Numbered from the stretch's first letter, positions 10,171 to 20,757 are shown. The stretch is DNA of 64,000 bases from Chitinophagales bacterium (GCA_023957215.1 JAMLHH010000010.1:6979-70978); one strand, 5' to 3'. Translations and numbers: made by a program. Notes: generated by a model not told the origin, from the letters alone.

Positions 10171-11028
10171 ATGACACAGTTATATCCTTTGAAACAATTA
10201 CCGGGCTCCGCTGAAACTTTGATCAGAGCCAGTTTGACCGGATTAAAAAAAACGGGTACTGTTTTACCCGATAAAGGTTACACCGTTAAAAATATCGGAA
10301 TTGACAAAAAACAATTTCAAGAATATTGTGATATGTTTGGCTATGATGGCAGTACAGTTCCGTCTCCTTATTGGTATATCAGATTGTTTGGTCTTCAATC
10401 TTTATTGATGGCTCACCCTGATGCGCCGTTTCCCATGCCGGGAATGGTGCATTTGACCTGTAATATCAAACAATACGATAGGATTTATCCTTCCGACAAA
10501 TTAGATGTGACCTGTCAATTTGGAAGACTTATTAGGCATGATAAAGGGACGGAAGTGGAAATTATTGTGACTTTGACCCGACATGACAAAGTAGTTTGGG
10601 AAGAAAGAAATATCAATCTTTATATGGGTAAAAAGGGAATAGGAGAGCCGGCTGAAGAAAAACCGGAGATAGATATTACCGCCGCCGATAAATATTATAA
10701 TTGGTCTTTACCGAAAGGCTTGGGTCTTCAATATGCAAAAGTCAGTGGTGATTTTAATCCCATTCACTTACATGATTTGGGAGCAAAATTGTTTGGATTC
10801 CCCAAACACCTTATTCATGGATGGTATTCTTTGAGCAGGACCCTTTCTCCATTACAATCTATGATGAGAGGCGCACATGAGTTTTATGTTTCTTTTAAAA
10901 AGCCACTTTTCTTGCCGAATAAGGTCACGGAAAGAACACAGAAAATAAATGAGAGTACGGTTTTCTTTGATTTAATTAACGATAAAGAAGGATATCCTCA
11001 CTTAAAAGGGTATTTAAAAAGTATTTAA
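10171..11028 (+). CDS. MaoC-like (hot-dog fold) dehydratase
   Basis: 285 aa. SGDFNPIHL hydratase motif; the size fits a double hot-dog. Confidence 0.8.
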   Translation: MTQLYPLKQLPGSAETLIRASLTGLKKTGTVLPDKGYTVKNIGIDKKQFQEYCDMFGYDGSTVPSPYWYIRLFGLQSLLMAHPDAPFPMPGMVHLTCNIKQYDRIYPSDKLDVTCQFGRLIRHDKGTEVEIIVTLTRHDKVVWEERNINLYMGKKGIGEPAEEKPEIDITAADKYYNWSLPKGLGLQYAKVSGDFNPIHLHDLGAKLFGFPKHLIHGWYSLSRTLSPLQSMMRGAHEFYVSFKKPLFLPNKVTERTQKINESTVFFDLINDKEGYPHLKGYLKSI

Positions 11029-11055
11029 TACTTATATTTATCATATAAATTAATA

Positions 11056-11640
11056 ATGATGAAAAGATTTATCTTTAGTACTATCATCGCTATTGTGGCA
11101 ATGAGTACCTTTTCGAGTTGCTCCTATAATTCGATTGTAGGTAATGATGAGAATGTCAAAGAAGCCTGGGCCAATGTGGAAGCCGCTTATCAGGAAAGAT
11201 ATGATTTGGTGGACAATTTGGTCGCTACGGTGAAAGGATATGCAGAGTTTGAAAGAGGGACACTAACAGACGTTATTAATGCAAGAGCCAATGCTACTAA
11301 TGTCAACCTCAAAGCGGATGATTTGACACCGGGTAATATTGAAAAATTCCAACAGGCACAAGATGCGTTGAGTGGTTCATTGAGTAGATTGTTGGTGACA
11401 GTGGAAAAATATCCTGACCTAAAAGCCAATCAGAATTTTATGGATTTACAGGCACAATTAGCACGTTTGGAACAAAAAATCAATATTGCAAGAAGAGACT
11501 TTAATGGAAGTGTTAATACTTATAATACCTCTATCAGAACTTTCCCTGCCGTGATTACTGCCAAAATATTTGGTTTTAACCAGAAAGAAGGCTTTAAAGC
11601 CAGCGCCGGAGCGGAAAATGCACCAAAAGTAGAGTTTTGA
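11056..11640 (+). CDS. lemA: LemA family protein
   Basis: 194 aa. Lipoprotein-like signal (FSSCS), and the ERYDLVDNLV...YPDLKANQNF...RDFN pattern typical of LemA. Confidence 0.9.
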   Translation: MMKRFIFSTIIAIVAMSTFSSCSYNSIVGNDENVKEAWANVEAAYQERYDLVDNLVATVKGYAEFERGTLTDVINARANATNVNLKADDLTPGNIEKFQQAQDALSGSLSRLLVTVEKYPDLKANQNFMDLQAQLARLEQKINIARRDFNGSVNTYNTSIRTFPAVITAKIFGFNQKEGFKASAGAENAPKVEF

Positions 11641-11714
11641 TTTTTTAAATTGATTTGCAAAAAGATACCACGATACGGTAAAAATAAGGTGGTGAAGGTT
11701 TAAAATGATTGTAG

Positions 11715-12152
11715 ATGTCTGACGTGAAAAACTTTTTCAAAGATTCATCCCTAATAGTAGAAACTATTGGAGAGGTAGAAAAGGTAACATCCGGTGAGAT
11801 AAAAATCCACTTGGAAACACGCTGCAAAGGTGACTTGGCGCAACGAGTACAATCTGTCTTTCATCAGTTAAAAATGGATAAACTTCCTCAAAAAAATGGA
11901 GTTCTTATCTATATCTCTATCCAAGATAAAAAGTTAAGTATCCTTGGAGATCAGAATATACATCGGAAAGTAGGAGACGATTTTTGGCAGGGTACTATTG
12001 CGAATCTGAGCATAGATTTTAAAGCTTTTGAATTTGATAAAGGTATCATCAGAGCTATCAAAGATGTGGGAGATAAGTTAAGTAAACACTTTCCTTTTGA
12101 TGTAAATAATGTAGTCAATGATTTACCGGATGATATTTCCTATGGTGATTAA
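11715..12152 (+). CDS. TPM-domain (TLP18.3/Psb32-like) protein
   Basis: 145 aa. Follows lemA as in the conserved LemA-TPM-TPM arrangement. SGEIKIHLE...NGVLIYISIQDKKLSILGD. Confidence 0.75.
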   Translation: MSDVKNFFKDSSLIVETIGEVEKVTSGEIKIHLETRCKGDLAQRVQSVFHQLKMDKLPQKNGVLIYISIQDKKLSILGDQNIHRKVGDDFWQGTIANLSIDFKAFEFDKGIIRAIKDVGDKLSKHFPFDVNNVVNDLPDDISYGD

Positions 12153-12921
12153 AATACGGACTTTCATTATCACGCTTTTTGTTTTGCTCAACGTGTACCA
12201 TGTTGTTGCACAAGCACATTTACAAGATGATGATATCGTAAATGTACCGAGTACACCTCGTCTTGTCAATGATTTTGCCGGTATGATGAATGAGACCGAG
12301 CAAGACCGCTTGGAAAGAAAACTACTTAATTATTACGATACAACTTCTACTCAAATTGCCATTGTCACCATAGAAACCTTAGGTAACTATCCGGTTGAAG
12401 AATACGGTATTCGTCTAGCAAGAAAATGGGGAATCGGAAACAAGGATAAGGACAATGGCGTTTTGATACTGATAGCAAAAGAAGAGAGAAAATTTGATAT
12501 AGAAACAGGTTATCGGGTCGGTCAGTATATCTCGGACATTGATGCCAACCGGATTTTGAGAAATACGCTTACTCCTAACTTTAAGGAAGGGGATTACTAT
12601 CAGGGTTTGGATGAGGCTACTGACCAAATGATTACACTTTTGAGTGGTGGATTTGTAAAAGACAATACAGATGAAGGCATTCCGGTCGGTCTCATTATCT
12701 TTTTGATAATCTTCTTCATACTGCTTATCATCATCATCTCTAAAAATTCAAACAACCACTATACTTATTCCGGAGATGGCTATAATAATGGAGGATTCCC
12801 ACCATTTTGGGGAGGTGGCATGGGTAGAGGCGGTGGCTTCGGTGGAGGTAGTTCAGGTGGTGGCTTCGGAGGCTTTGGCGGTGGTGGCTTTGGTGGCGGA
12901 GGCGCCAGCGGAGGTTGGTAG
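12118..12921 (+). CDS. TPM-domain protein (YgcG-like) with TM helix and Gly-rich tail
   Basis: 267 aa. VNDFAGMMNETEQDRLERKL...NGVLILIAKEERKFDIETGY, then a TM helix and a GGFGGG tail. The true start may be M9 (12142), which gives a cleaner signal peptide. Confidence 0.85.
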   Translation: MIYRMIFPMVIKIRTFIITLFVLLNVYHVVAQAHLQDDDIVNVPSTPRLVNDFAGMMNETEQDRLERKLLNYYDTTSTQIAIVTIETLGNYPVEEYGIRLARKWGIGNKDKDNGVLILIAKEERKFDIETGYRVGQYISDIDANRILRNTLTPNFKEGDYYQGLDEATDQMITLLSGGFVKDNTDEGIPVGLIIFLIIFFILLIIIISKNSNNHYTYSGDGYNNGGFPPFWGGGMGRGGGFGGGSSGGGFGGFGGGGFGGGGASGGW

Positions 12922-13194
12922 AGTGGATAAGCAAATGATTCTTTTCGTATAAATTCTTATATATTATAAATTGCAAAATTGATACCTGAGTCCGATTATT
13001 AATTAGATGCTCCTTAAGAGTCTTTATAATATGGACTATCAATGATATATGAAAGCTATTCCTTTGGTAATAATATGAAATTCGTTGCCTTTACAGTATA
13101 AGTCTTGCGCATTTTCGGCTTAACGAATTGATTGCAGCTTATCTGTTTCCTATTTTGGGTATAACTTTGTGGAAGTGAGGAGAAATCTCTTTTC

Positions 13195-14064
13195 CTATTG
13201 ATATTGTTTCACAAAATCATCTACCGTACCAAACACAAAATTAGGATATTCACTCAAAAATTTAGCAGATTTAAGACCTCCTTGCAAAGGACGGGATGCC
13301 GGCTGATTCAAATCTCTTGTCAGCATGGGAAACAACTCATAATCAGCTTCGGGGAAATAGCCCAAAATCCGCAAAGCAAGTTGTACTCTATTCATATAAT
13401 CAGTGGAAGCGACATTGTAAATACCCTCTTTATCATCCCGAATCAGTAATTCTGACACTCTTGCAATATCATAAGCATTGACGGGTGTAGCATATTGGTC
13501 AACCGGCAATTTTAAAACAAGATGTTGATAATCTTTCACTTGTTGAATAATTCTTGAGACAAAGTTTTTACCTCTTTCTTCATCACCATAAACGTTGGTG
13601 ACTCTCAAAACAATGTTTTTCAACCCCGAGTTTAAAATCAAACGTTCAGCTTCCAATTTATGACTGCCATAAATACTGATGGGATTCACTGTATCATCTT
13701 CACTATAAGGTCCTTTTTCACCATCAAAGACATAATCTGTGGAAATAAAAACAAGCTTAGACAAGTATTTTCTGCCCAACTCAATGACATTTTTAGTAGA
13801 AAGAACTGTCTGCTCATAACTCTCTTCTTGATGGGTCTCACAATAATCAACATGGGTCAAAGCTCCGCAATGAACTATTATTTGTGGTTTAAAACGTGTC
13901 AGGTCAAAATTATCAGGATTCCACAAATTTAAAGTGTCAAAGAAAACAGTATTTTTTGCTTGATAAGAAAAATACGTACCGACACATTCATGTCCTGCTG
14001 CGGATAAAACTTTCAGCATATTATTTCCTACCAAACCGGATGCTCCAATAATCAATATTTTCAT
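13195..14064 (-). CDS. NAD(P)-dependent sugar-nucleotide reductase (RmlD/dTDP-4-dehydrorhamnose reductase-like SDR)
   Basis: 289 aa. MKILIIGASGLVG Rossmann motif, YGSHK catalytic YxxxK, RmlD-like length. Confidence 0.75.
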   Translation of the reverse strand: MKILIIGASGLVGNNMLKVLSAAGHECVGTYFSYQAKNTVFFDTLNLWNPDNFDLTRFKPQIIVHCGALTHVDYCETHQEESYEQTVLSTKNVIELGRKYLSKLVFISTDYVFDGEKGPYSEDDTVNPISIYGSHKLEAERLILNSGLKNIVLRVTNVYGDEERGKNFVSRIIQQVKDYQHLVLKLPVDQYATPVNAYDIARVSELLIRDDKEGIYNVASTDYMNRVQLALRILGYFPEADYELFPMLTRDLNQPASRPLQGGLKSAKFLSEYPNFVFGTVDDFVKQYQ

Positions 14065-14068
14065 CGTC

Positions 14069-15145
14069 TCACCATTTTAATTGGTTAAATTTTTTTCTCC
14101 TATTGATATAAAATGAAAAAAGTAAACTCTTGGGATAAATACCTTTTAGATTTGGATTGTCTATCTGATATTTTTCCAAGATGGTATCAAATTCACTCCT
14201 TTTATCCAATGCCTTACTCATCATCTTTCTGTAAGCAAATTGAGCTTTCAAAATAGCAAAAGCTTCATTAAAACGAAATTTCAAAACCGTGACCATCAAT
14301 GCGATAAAGTCCAAAAAATTTCTGACAATACCAACCATTAGCACTTTTCCCATCGGAATATTTTTAATCAACAGAAGACGGTTATTTCTAAAATTCAAAA
14401 AAGTTTTATTGGGATTTTGAACATTCAAAGTGCCTCCACCCACATGATAAATTACTGATTCTGGCAGATATTTAATTTTATACCCCAATCTTTTTAATCG
14501 CCAACACAAATCAATTTCTTCCATGTGTGCAAAAAAATCTTTGTCAAAGCCATCGGCTAAAAGAAATAAATTTCTTTTGATACACAAACAAGCACCACTC
14601 GCCCAAAAAATCTCTATCTCATCATCGTATTGCCCTGCATCTTCTTCTATCTCTTGAAAAATTCGGCCTCTACAAAACGGATAACCGTATTTGTCTATCA
14701 TACCACCCGCCGCACCGGCATATTCAAACTTTTTAGGTTGCTTGTAATCCAGCATTTTGGGTTGACAAGCAGCAAGCATTTTGTCTTTTTTCAAAGCATT
14801 ATACAAAGGTGGCAGCCAATTTTCCGTCACTTCCACATCCGAATTGAGTAAAACTGCATACTTACACTCTATATTTTCGATAGCACGGTTATAACCTTCT
14901 GCAAAACCGTAGTTTTTAGATAGAGAAATAGTATAAACACTTTTAAACTGTTCTTTAATCATCTTCACAGAACCATCTGTCGAAGCATTATCCACTACCC
15001 ATATACTGGCTAATTTGCTTGAAGTATTTTGTGTTACGGAAGGTAAAAATTTTTCTAACCAATGTCTGCCATTGTAGTTGAGAATAATCACTGCTACTTC
15101 CTGATTGTGTGCGGATTTCAATTTGATACTAATTGTGAAATGCAA
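14069..15145 (-). CDS. Glycosyltransferase family 2
   Basis: 358 aa, TTG start. VAVIILNYNG...VVDNASTDGS...LNSDVEV motifs (GT-A fold, DxD-like). Confidence 0.85.
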   Translation of the reverse strand: MHFTISIKLKSAHNQEVAVIILNYNGRHWLEKFLPSVTQNTSSKLASIWVVDNASTDGSVKMIKEQFKSVYTISLSKNYGFAEGYNRAIENIECKYAVLLNSDVEVTENWLPPLYNALKKDKMLAACQPKMLDYKQPKKFEYAGAAGGMIDKYGYPFCRGRIFQEIEEDAGQYDDEIEIFWASGACLCIKRNLFLLADGFDKDFFAHMEEIDLCWRLKRLGYKIKYLPESVIYHVGGGTLNVQNPNKTFLNFRNNRLLLIKNIPMGKVLMVGIVRNFLDFIALMVTVLKFRFNEAFAILKAQFAYRKMMSKALDKRSEFDTILEKYQIDNPNLKGIYPKSLLFSFYINRRKKFNQLKW

Positions 15146-15271
15146 ATATAAGCTAAATAAAACTTTTGTTTAAAATATGTAAGCAGGTGACCCATTTCAC
15201 ATATAGATTTGAAATCTGTCAATACAATGTCAACAAATTTAATCTGAATATAGATAGTCGGCTTAAATTTA

Positions 15272-15279
15272 TATCTTTG
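15272..15279 (+). promoter_or_regulatory. Putative -7 promoter box (TAnnTTTG)
   Basis: TATCTTTG lies 30 nt upstream of the ATG at 15310. Confidence 0.35.
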
Positions 15280-15309
15280 CGAAGTTTCAAAAATATAACA
15301 TCATACTTA

Positions 15310-16407
15310 ATGGAAATCACCGAAGAAAAGGTAATGATGGCTTTGAGTACTGTGATAGACCCAGACTTCAAAAAAGACTTGGTTTCTCTCAATATGATCA
15401 AAGATGTCAGAATAGATGGTCAACACGTATATTTCACAATAGAATTAACTACACCTGCATGTCCACTGAAAGACCAATTAGGCAACGATTCGCGTTCGGC
15501 TGTCAAAGAGATGGTCAGTGACACTGCTAAAATTCATATCAATTTTACTTCAAGAGTCACTACGTTAAGAGATTTCAGATCTGATGTATTGCCGGGTGTG
15601 AAAAATATTATAGCTGTTGCTTCAGGCAAAGGAGGAGTAGGAAAATCTACCGTTGCCGTCAACTTAGCCTTGTCATTGATGAGAAGCGGCGCAAAAGTAG
15701 GTTTGGTGGATGCAGACATTCACGGTCCTTCTATTCCTACGATGTTAGGGCTGAAAGGATTGAGACCGGGATTAGAAAAAGTAGGTGACAAACATAAAAT
15801 CATCCCTTTGGATTACAAAGGACTAAAAGTTATGTCCATCGGATTTTTAGTGGAAGCTGATCAGGCTATTGCATGGAGAGGTCCGATGGTGACATCTGCT
15901 TTGCGACAATTTATTACTGATGTACTTTGGGGAGAATTGGACTATGTGATTATCGACATGCCTCCCGGAACCGGTGATGTACAGTTGACATTGGCTCAAA
16001 TTGTACCTGTAACCGGTGCTGTCACTGTCACCACACCGCAAGAAGTAGCTTTAGCCGATGCAAGAAAAGCTATGAGCTTCTTTATGATGAACGGAGTAGA
16101 TATTCCTGTTTTGGGCGTAGTAGAAAATATGTCTTATTTTACACCGACAGAACTTCCTAACAATAAATATTATATCTTTGGTAAAGGTGGCGGAAGAAAA
16201 ATGGCAGAGGAGTACAATGTTCCCTTCTTAGGTGAAGTACCTTTGGTACAATCTATTAGAGAAGGCGGAGACATCGGAGTGCCGGCAGTCATGGATAATG
16301 ATCCCATCGTAACAAGTGCTTTTGACAGTGTTTCAAGAAACGTGGCAAGAAACGTGACTATAAAAAATGCACAAGTCAGAGAACAATTGGTAGAAAATAA
16401 ATCTTAA
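15310..16407 (+). CDS. Mrp/NBP35 (ApbC) iron-sulfur cluster carrier ATPase
   Basis: The track ORF starts at a TTG at 15166. I prefer the ATG at 15310 (MEITEEKVMMALSTVIDPD, a DUF59-type N-terminus). Deviant Walker A SGKGGVGKST. Confidence 0.9.
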   Translation: MEITEEKVMMALSTVIDPDFKKDLVSLNMIKDVRIDGQHVYFTIELTTPACPLKDQLGNDSRSAVKEMVSDTAKIHINFTSRVTTLRDFRSDVLPGVKNIIAVASGKGGVGKSTVAVNLALSLMRSGAKVGLVDADIHGPSIPTMLGLKGLRPGLEKVGDKHKIIPLDYKGLKVMSIGFLVEADQAIAWRGPMVTSALRQFITDVLWGELDYVIIDMPPGTGDVQLTLAQIVPVTGAVTVTTPQEVALADARKAMSFFMMNGVDIPVLGVVENMSYFTPTELPNNKYYIFGKGGGRKMAEEYNVPFLGEVPLVQSIREGGDIGVPAVMDNDPIVTSAFDSVSRNVARNVTIKNAQVREQLVENKS

Positions 16408-16665
16408 ATGGACGCATCGGAAAAAAAAGAACTGATTGAAAGAGTAGAAAGGGCATTAGACAGTATCCGCCCTTTCTTAAAAGCGGATGGTGGCGATATT
16501 GAGATAGTTGATATTACAGATAACTTTGAATTGCAAGTCAATATGGTAGGCAATTGTGATGCCTGTATGATGAAACAACTTACTTTAAAGGGGGGGGTAG
16601 AAGGTACAGTATTGAGTGCAGTTCCCGAGATTATAAAAGTTTCAGCGGTAATCCCAACTAAGTGA
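16408..16665 (+). CDS. NifU-family Fe-S assembly protein (NifU C-terminal domain)
   Basis: 85 aa. IRPFLKADGGDIEIVD...GNCDACMM (CxxC). The ATG immediately follows the mrp stop codon. Confidence 0.85.
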   Translation: MDASEKKELIERVERALDSIRPFLKADGGDIEIVDITDNFELQVNMVGNCDACMMKQLTLKGGVEGTVLSAVPEIIKVSAVIPTK

Positions 16666-17480
16666 ATCGTCAACAACTGATAAAGCAAATCAAAGAAAAA
16701 CGTTCTTATCTCTGTGTGGGATTAGATCCTGATATCAATAAACTACCTCCACATCTATTACAATATGACAATCCCGTCTTAGAGTTTAACAGAGCTATCA
16801 TTGAAGCGACTTCCGATTTGTGCGTAGCCTATAAACCCAATGTGGCATTCTATGAAGCCTTAGGTTTGGACGGAATGAAAACCTTATACGAAACCTCAAA
16901 GCTGATTCCAGAAGACTGTTTCAGTATTGCGGATGCTAAACGTGGCGATATCGGCAATACCTCTAAGATGTATGCAAAATCTTTTTTAAAAGATATGGAA
17001 TTTGATTCTATCACCATCGCTCCGTATATGGGAGAAGATTCAGTGCAGCCTTTTATGAGCTATGAAGATAAATGGGTGATACTTTTAGGACTTACTTCCA
17101 ATAAGGGAAATCAAGATTTCCAAAGACTCAAGTCAGGTAGTAAGTTTTTATACGAACATGTCATTCAGACTGCCATACAATGGAGTACAGATGAAAATAT
17201 GATGTTTGTCATCGGTGCTACCAATGAAGAAGACTTTGAACACATCAGAAGTTTTTGTCCTAATCATTTCTTTTTAGTACCCGGAGTTGGAGCACAAGGC
17301 GGTGATTTAGAAAAGCTTTCACAATACGGACTCAATCAAGATTGCGGTCTCTTAGTCAATTCCACCCGTGGCATTATTTATGCTTCAAAAGGTAAAGACT
17401 TTGCAGAAAAAGCCCGTGAGCAAGCTCTGATATTGCAAAAGCAAATGGAAGAGCTACTAAGAAAGCATAAAATCATTTAG
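16662..17480 (+). CDS. pyrF: Orotidine-5'-phosphate decarboxylase (type 2)
   Basis: 272 aa. The GTG start overlaps the nifU stop (GTGA). LCVGLDPD...ADAKRGDIGNT motifs. Confidence 0.9.
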   Translation: MNRQQLIKQIKEKRSYLCVGLDPDINKLPPHLLQYDNPVLEFNRAIIEATSDLCVAYKPNVAFYEALGLDGMKTLYETSKLIPEDCFSIADAKRGDIGNTSKMYAKSFLKDMEFDSITIAPYMGEDSVQPFMSYEDKWVILLGLTSNKGNQDFQRLKSGSKFLYEHVIQTAIQWSTDENMMFVIGATNEEDFEHIRSFCPNHFFLVPGVGAQGGDLEKLSQYGLNQDCGLLVNSTRGIIYASKGKDFAEKAREQALILQKQMEELLRKHKII

Positions 17481-17526
17481 CTCTCTTCTAATTTCACGTA
17501 TTTCTAAAAATATATAGTTTATAGTT

Positions 17527-18675
17527 TTAAGACCCCAATGGTGGCTCACAACCTGAGGTTACAGTAAAGTTCGGATTGTTAGGTATCAAATCACCGGTGT
17601 AGATGACTTCTAAACTCTCCCACGGCAAGTTTTTTAGGTAGATATTTCCACCTCCACTTGCCATTTCCAACTTTGTATATCCATCATAACTTTCATATTC
17701 CTTTTCCTTATTAGGCAAACATGAACTGGCAACACCTCCAATACTCAAACCGGCACCATTTGTATCATTACAATACATACCGTATTTCTGTATGGCTTTA
17801 AAAATCACTTTCTCTACATAGGTCAATCCCTGTATAGCATCTATATTTACACTCGGTTTGATTCTGATTAAAGTACCTTCCGGTATAGCAAACGGATTAT
17901 CTTTTAATGCACCATCATGGTGTGTTGCCGGAGGCACGTGACCATTTCCATTTGTAACTTTTACAGAAAAATTAAGTGCATGATTGATACGTCCTTCTCT
18001 CAATTCTTTAGGCCAAACTATAGCTGACAAAGTACACCATCCGGCAGCGACTGTCGCTCTACCATCTTCGAAAATCCCTGACGAATTGGTAAAGATTGTA
18101 TTGCCACTTTGGGCAGATCGTTTATCATTTGATAAGTTTTCGTCAAAATATGTTCCTCCTTTATCGGTATAAATCCAAAACAAATATGCACAGCCGGCAT
18201 CTTTATCTACAATACTAAGATGTGCATCAGAACCTCTTGCAGGTTTTGCGCCACTTGGTATAGGGACATTCATATATTCCTTACCGATACCTGTCAATGA
18301 TCCCACAGTTACTTTTTTATAGACTTTCTTCTTCTCTGTGCCCTTATCGGCAAAATAGATGGCAGATCCATAGTCTCCTGTACCAACACGAACATTCGTC
18401 GGTTGACCATTGATCAGGCAACTTTGTTTGATTAGATGAATCATAGTGTCAGAATACTGATGCACCATCGCATCTACCGGAATTTCCTTTAAGAATGGAT
18501 TATCGGGATGATTAAAAAACATAGTTCCTTCCCATTCTAAAGTTTCCGTATTTTTAGGGGTAGATGGATTTGAAGGATTACTTGGAGGATTTACAGGATT
18601 ACATGCTATCCAAATGAATGGTAAAGTTACAATGAGTAACAAGGCGACCAAAAATCTTTTAAATTGTGTTTTCAT
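17527..18675 (-). CDS. Hypothetical secreted lipoprotein
   Basis: 382 aa. Signal plus lipobox (WIACN), a Pro/Ser/Asn linker (PVNPPSNPSNPSTP), then a globular domain I cannot assign (INHALNFSV...PPATHHDG...QKYGMYCNDTNG). Confidence 0.5.
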   Translation of the reverse strand: MKTQFKRFLVALLLIVTLPFIWIACNPVNPPSNPSNPSTPKNTETLEWEGTMFFNHPDNPFLKEIPVDAMVHQYSDTMIHLIKQSCLINGQPTNVRVGTGDYGSAIYFADKGTEKKKVYKKVTVGSLTGIGKEYMNVPIPSGAKPARGSDAHLSIVDKDAGCAYLFWIYTDKGGTYFDENLSNDKRSAQSGNTIFTNSSGIFEDGRATVAAGWCTLSAIVWPKELREGRINHALNFSVKVTNGNGHVPPATHHDGALKDNPFAIPEGTLIRIKPSVNIDAIQGLTYVEKVIFKAIQKYGMYCNDTNGAGLSIGGVASSCLPNKEKEYESYDGYTKLEMASGGGNIYLKNLPWESLEVIYTGDLIPNNPNFTVTSGCEPPLGS

Positions 18676-18922
18676 AATTAATGGATTTAGATTTTAATAA
18701 CAATCTACTCAAGTAAAGTTAATAAAAATTTAATAATAAGGTGTGTTAAATCATCATATTTTTTAAATAAGACAATATTGTTTGGAGTTTCAAGTTTAGA
18801 GCTTAAATTCACATAGAAATATTGATAAAATTATTGATAAAAATTATAATACTTTGGCAAGTTGACAAATAAACGGTTCAAGACATTTAAAATTGAAAAA
18901 CAAAGCTTAATTTTACAGCACT

Positions 18923-19324
18923 ATGGCAAGTTTTAGTAATCGTGCAATCAAAGGAATTAAAAAGATAGGCGACTTTTTTTTACCCGGAAACCATGAGTTT
19001 CCATCCTATTCTGAAGCAGGTGGCACATACAAGCTCAATGATATGGTACAATATGCACCTGAAGATGATATCAAGTTGTTAAACATTGCATTGATTATCT
19101 TTTCGTTTTTACCAAAATTTGTTCTTAAATGGTTGGTAGGACAAATGGATAAATACTCTACCAATGGAGCGGATGGTGTAATACCTACAACTTTCAGACA
19201 ATTAGATGTAGGTTTGAGAGGTTTACTGTATGCCACTTATTACGACGAATTTACCAATCCTGACTACAAAGGAAGAACTCCAAAGGAATTGATAGATTTC
19301 AATCCTATAAGAGTTCCGAAATAA
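18923..19324 (+). CDS. Hypothetical protein
   Basis: 133-aa ORF with an ATG start and one hydrophobic segment (LLNIALIIFSFLPKFVLKWLV). No recognisable motif. Confidence 0.4.
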   Translation: MASFSNRAIKGIKKIGDFFLPGNHEFPSYSEAGGTYKLNDMVQYAPEDDIKLLNIALIIFSFLPKFVLKWLVGQMDKYSTNGADGVIPTTFRQLDVGLRGLLYATYYDEFTNPDYKGRTPKELIDFNPIRVPK

Positions 19325-19341
19325 TCAGTCTCATCATTATA

Positions 19342-20757
19342 TCACCAAGCTCCCTTATTTTCGGGAATCCTTGATATAATAGGTGTCATGACCAATAGAA
19401 AAAGAGCCAAACCCAAATATACATATCCTTGTGCAACTCCATGATTTTTAGAAGCCGCAATGATGGCGGTTGCTCCTGCTACTGAGATAATTTGGCCCAG
19501 TTGCATTCCGAGAGAACGAACTGCCGCAATATTAGCAGACTGTTCTGGTGCCAAAGAAATACCGGCATTTCTACCTGCCGGACTCACTGTACCACTGCCT
19601 ACACCTATTAAAAATGCACACAACATCAACCACATATAAGGTGAAACTCCAAAGTGAGGTCGAACAGATAATAAGATTGTACCTAAAATCACTATCAGAA
19701 TCCCGATATAAATAGGTTTTCTGTAACCTGTACGGTTGATGAAGATACTCATCGTGACAGAAAAGAAGACGGAAGCTATACCTCCTGCCAATAATAAAGT
19801 TCCTGCTTCAAACTCACTCAGACCATAGCGATTAATAGCATACAAAGGAGCCAAAGAATTAGCCCCGATGACCATACCGAGATGAATGACATTGAATAAA
19901 TTAACCGCACCAAAACCCTTCCCAAAAATAAACTTAGCTTCCATAAACGGGTTGGCTGAATTGTGTAAATGACGGTACAAAAAATAAAATGAAAGTAAAA
20001 AAACTATACTCAATGTAATAAATAATGGAGAGAACATCCTTGCATTCTCTTCTGTCAGATAAGTGGAAGCATACATCGCTGTCAGTATAACGGTCGCCAA
20101 CAAAAGAATACCTAACCAATCCGTTCTTTCACTTTTTACGACATGCAAAATATCTTTGGGAATATGATGCCATGCTAAAAGTAATACTCCAAGTCCCAAA
20201 GGAATATTGATAAAAAATATCCAAGACCAAGACACATAAGTAACAATAATTCCTCCAAAGATAGGTCCTATCATCGCTCCGGTAGAAAAGATACTACCAA
20301 ACAGACCCAAAAATTGGGCTCTGGAACTTCCAAAATGTTCCACTATCAAACCTGTGGCAGAGGGTGTCAAACCGGCTGCGCCCACAGCTTGAATAACTCT
20401 CATCAATATCAACACATAAATATTGGTGGACAATCCGCAGAGCAAAGAAGATATCGTAAAAATGGCGACCGAAAGCATAAAGATACGCTTGTGTCCGTAT
20501 ATCATACTGAGTTTAGCACTCAATGGCAACATAATCACAAATCCAAAAGAGAAAGCCGTCAATGTCCATCCTACCCAACTTACGCTCGTATGTAATTCTT
20601 CTTGTATTGTATGTAGTGCCGTCGCTACGATAGTAGAATCTATCGTCATCATCAAGAGTGCAAAAGCAATAATGGAAAATACTATCCATTTGTTTGTCAA
20701 GTCATTTTGGGGTTGTCCTGTTATATCTTTTGTATCTGCCTTACTTATTACGCTCAT
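19342..20757 (-). CDS. MFS transporter, DHA2 (EmrB/QacA-like, 14-TM) family
   Basis: 471 aa, many TM helices. N-terminus LLMMTIDSTIVATALHTIQEEL, typical of DHA2. Confidence 0.85.
   Translation of the reverse strand: MSVISKADTKDITGQPQNDLTNKWIVFSIIAFALLMMTIDSTIVATALHTIQEELHTSVSWVGWTLTAFSFGFVIMLPLSAKLSMIYGHKRIFMLSVAIFTISSLLCGLSTNIYVLILMRVIQAVGAAGLTPSATGLIVEHFGSSRAQFLGLFGSIFSTGAMIGPIFGGIIVTYVSWSWIFFINIPLGLGVLLLAWHHIPKDILHVVKSERTDWLGILLLATVILTAMYASTYLTEENARMFSPLFITLSIVFLLSFYFLYRHLHNSANPFMEAKFIFGKGFGAVNLFNVIHLGMVIGANSLAPLYAINRYGLSEFEAGTLLLAGGIASVFFSVTMSIFINRTGYRKPIYIGILIVILGTILLSVRPHFGVSPYMWLMLCAFLIGVGSGTVSPAGRNAGISLAPEQSANIAAVRSLGMQLGQIISVAGATAIIAASKNHGVAQGYVYLGLALFLLVMTPIISRIPENKGAW

Noticed and set aside
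12780-12921. GGFGGG-coding Gly-rich tract, similar to the tract at 56040-56130 in the OMP gene; considered as a shared mobile or repeat sequence.
   Set aside because: These are low-complexity coding regions on opposite strands within otherwise unrelated proteins. The similarity reflects only Gly codon repetition.
16590-16597. G8 homopolymer inside the NifU-family gene, considered as a possible slipped-strand phase-variation site.
   Set aside because: It is in frame and encodes K-G-G-V within a conserved housekeeping Fe-S protein. There is no surface or contingency-gene context, so it is probably just codon choice. It is a place where sequencing indels could arise.
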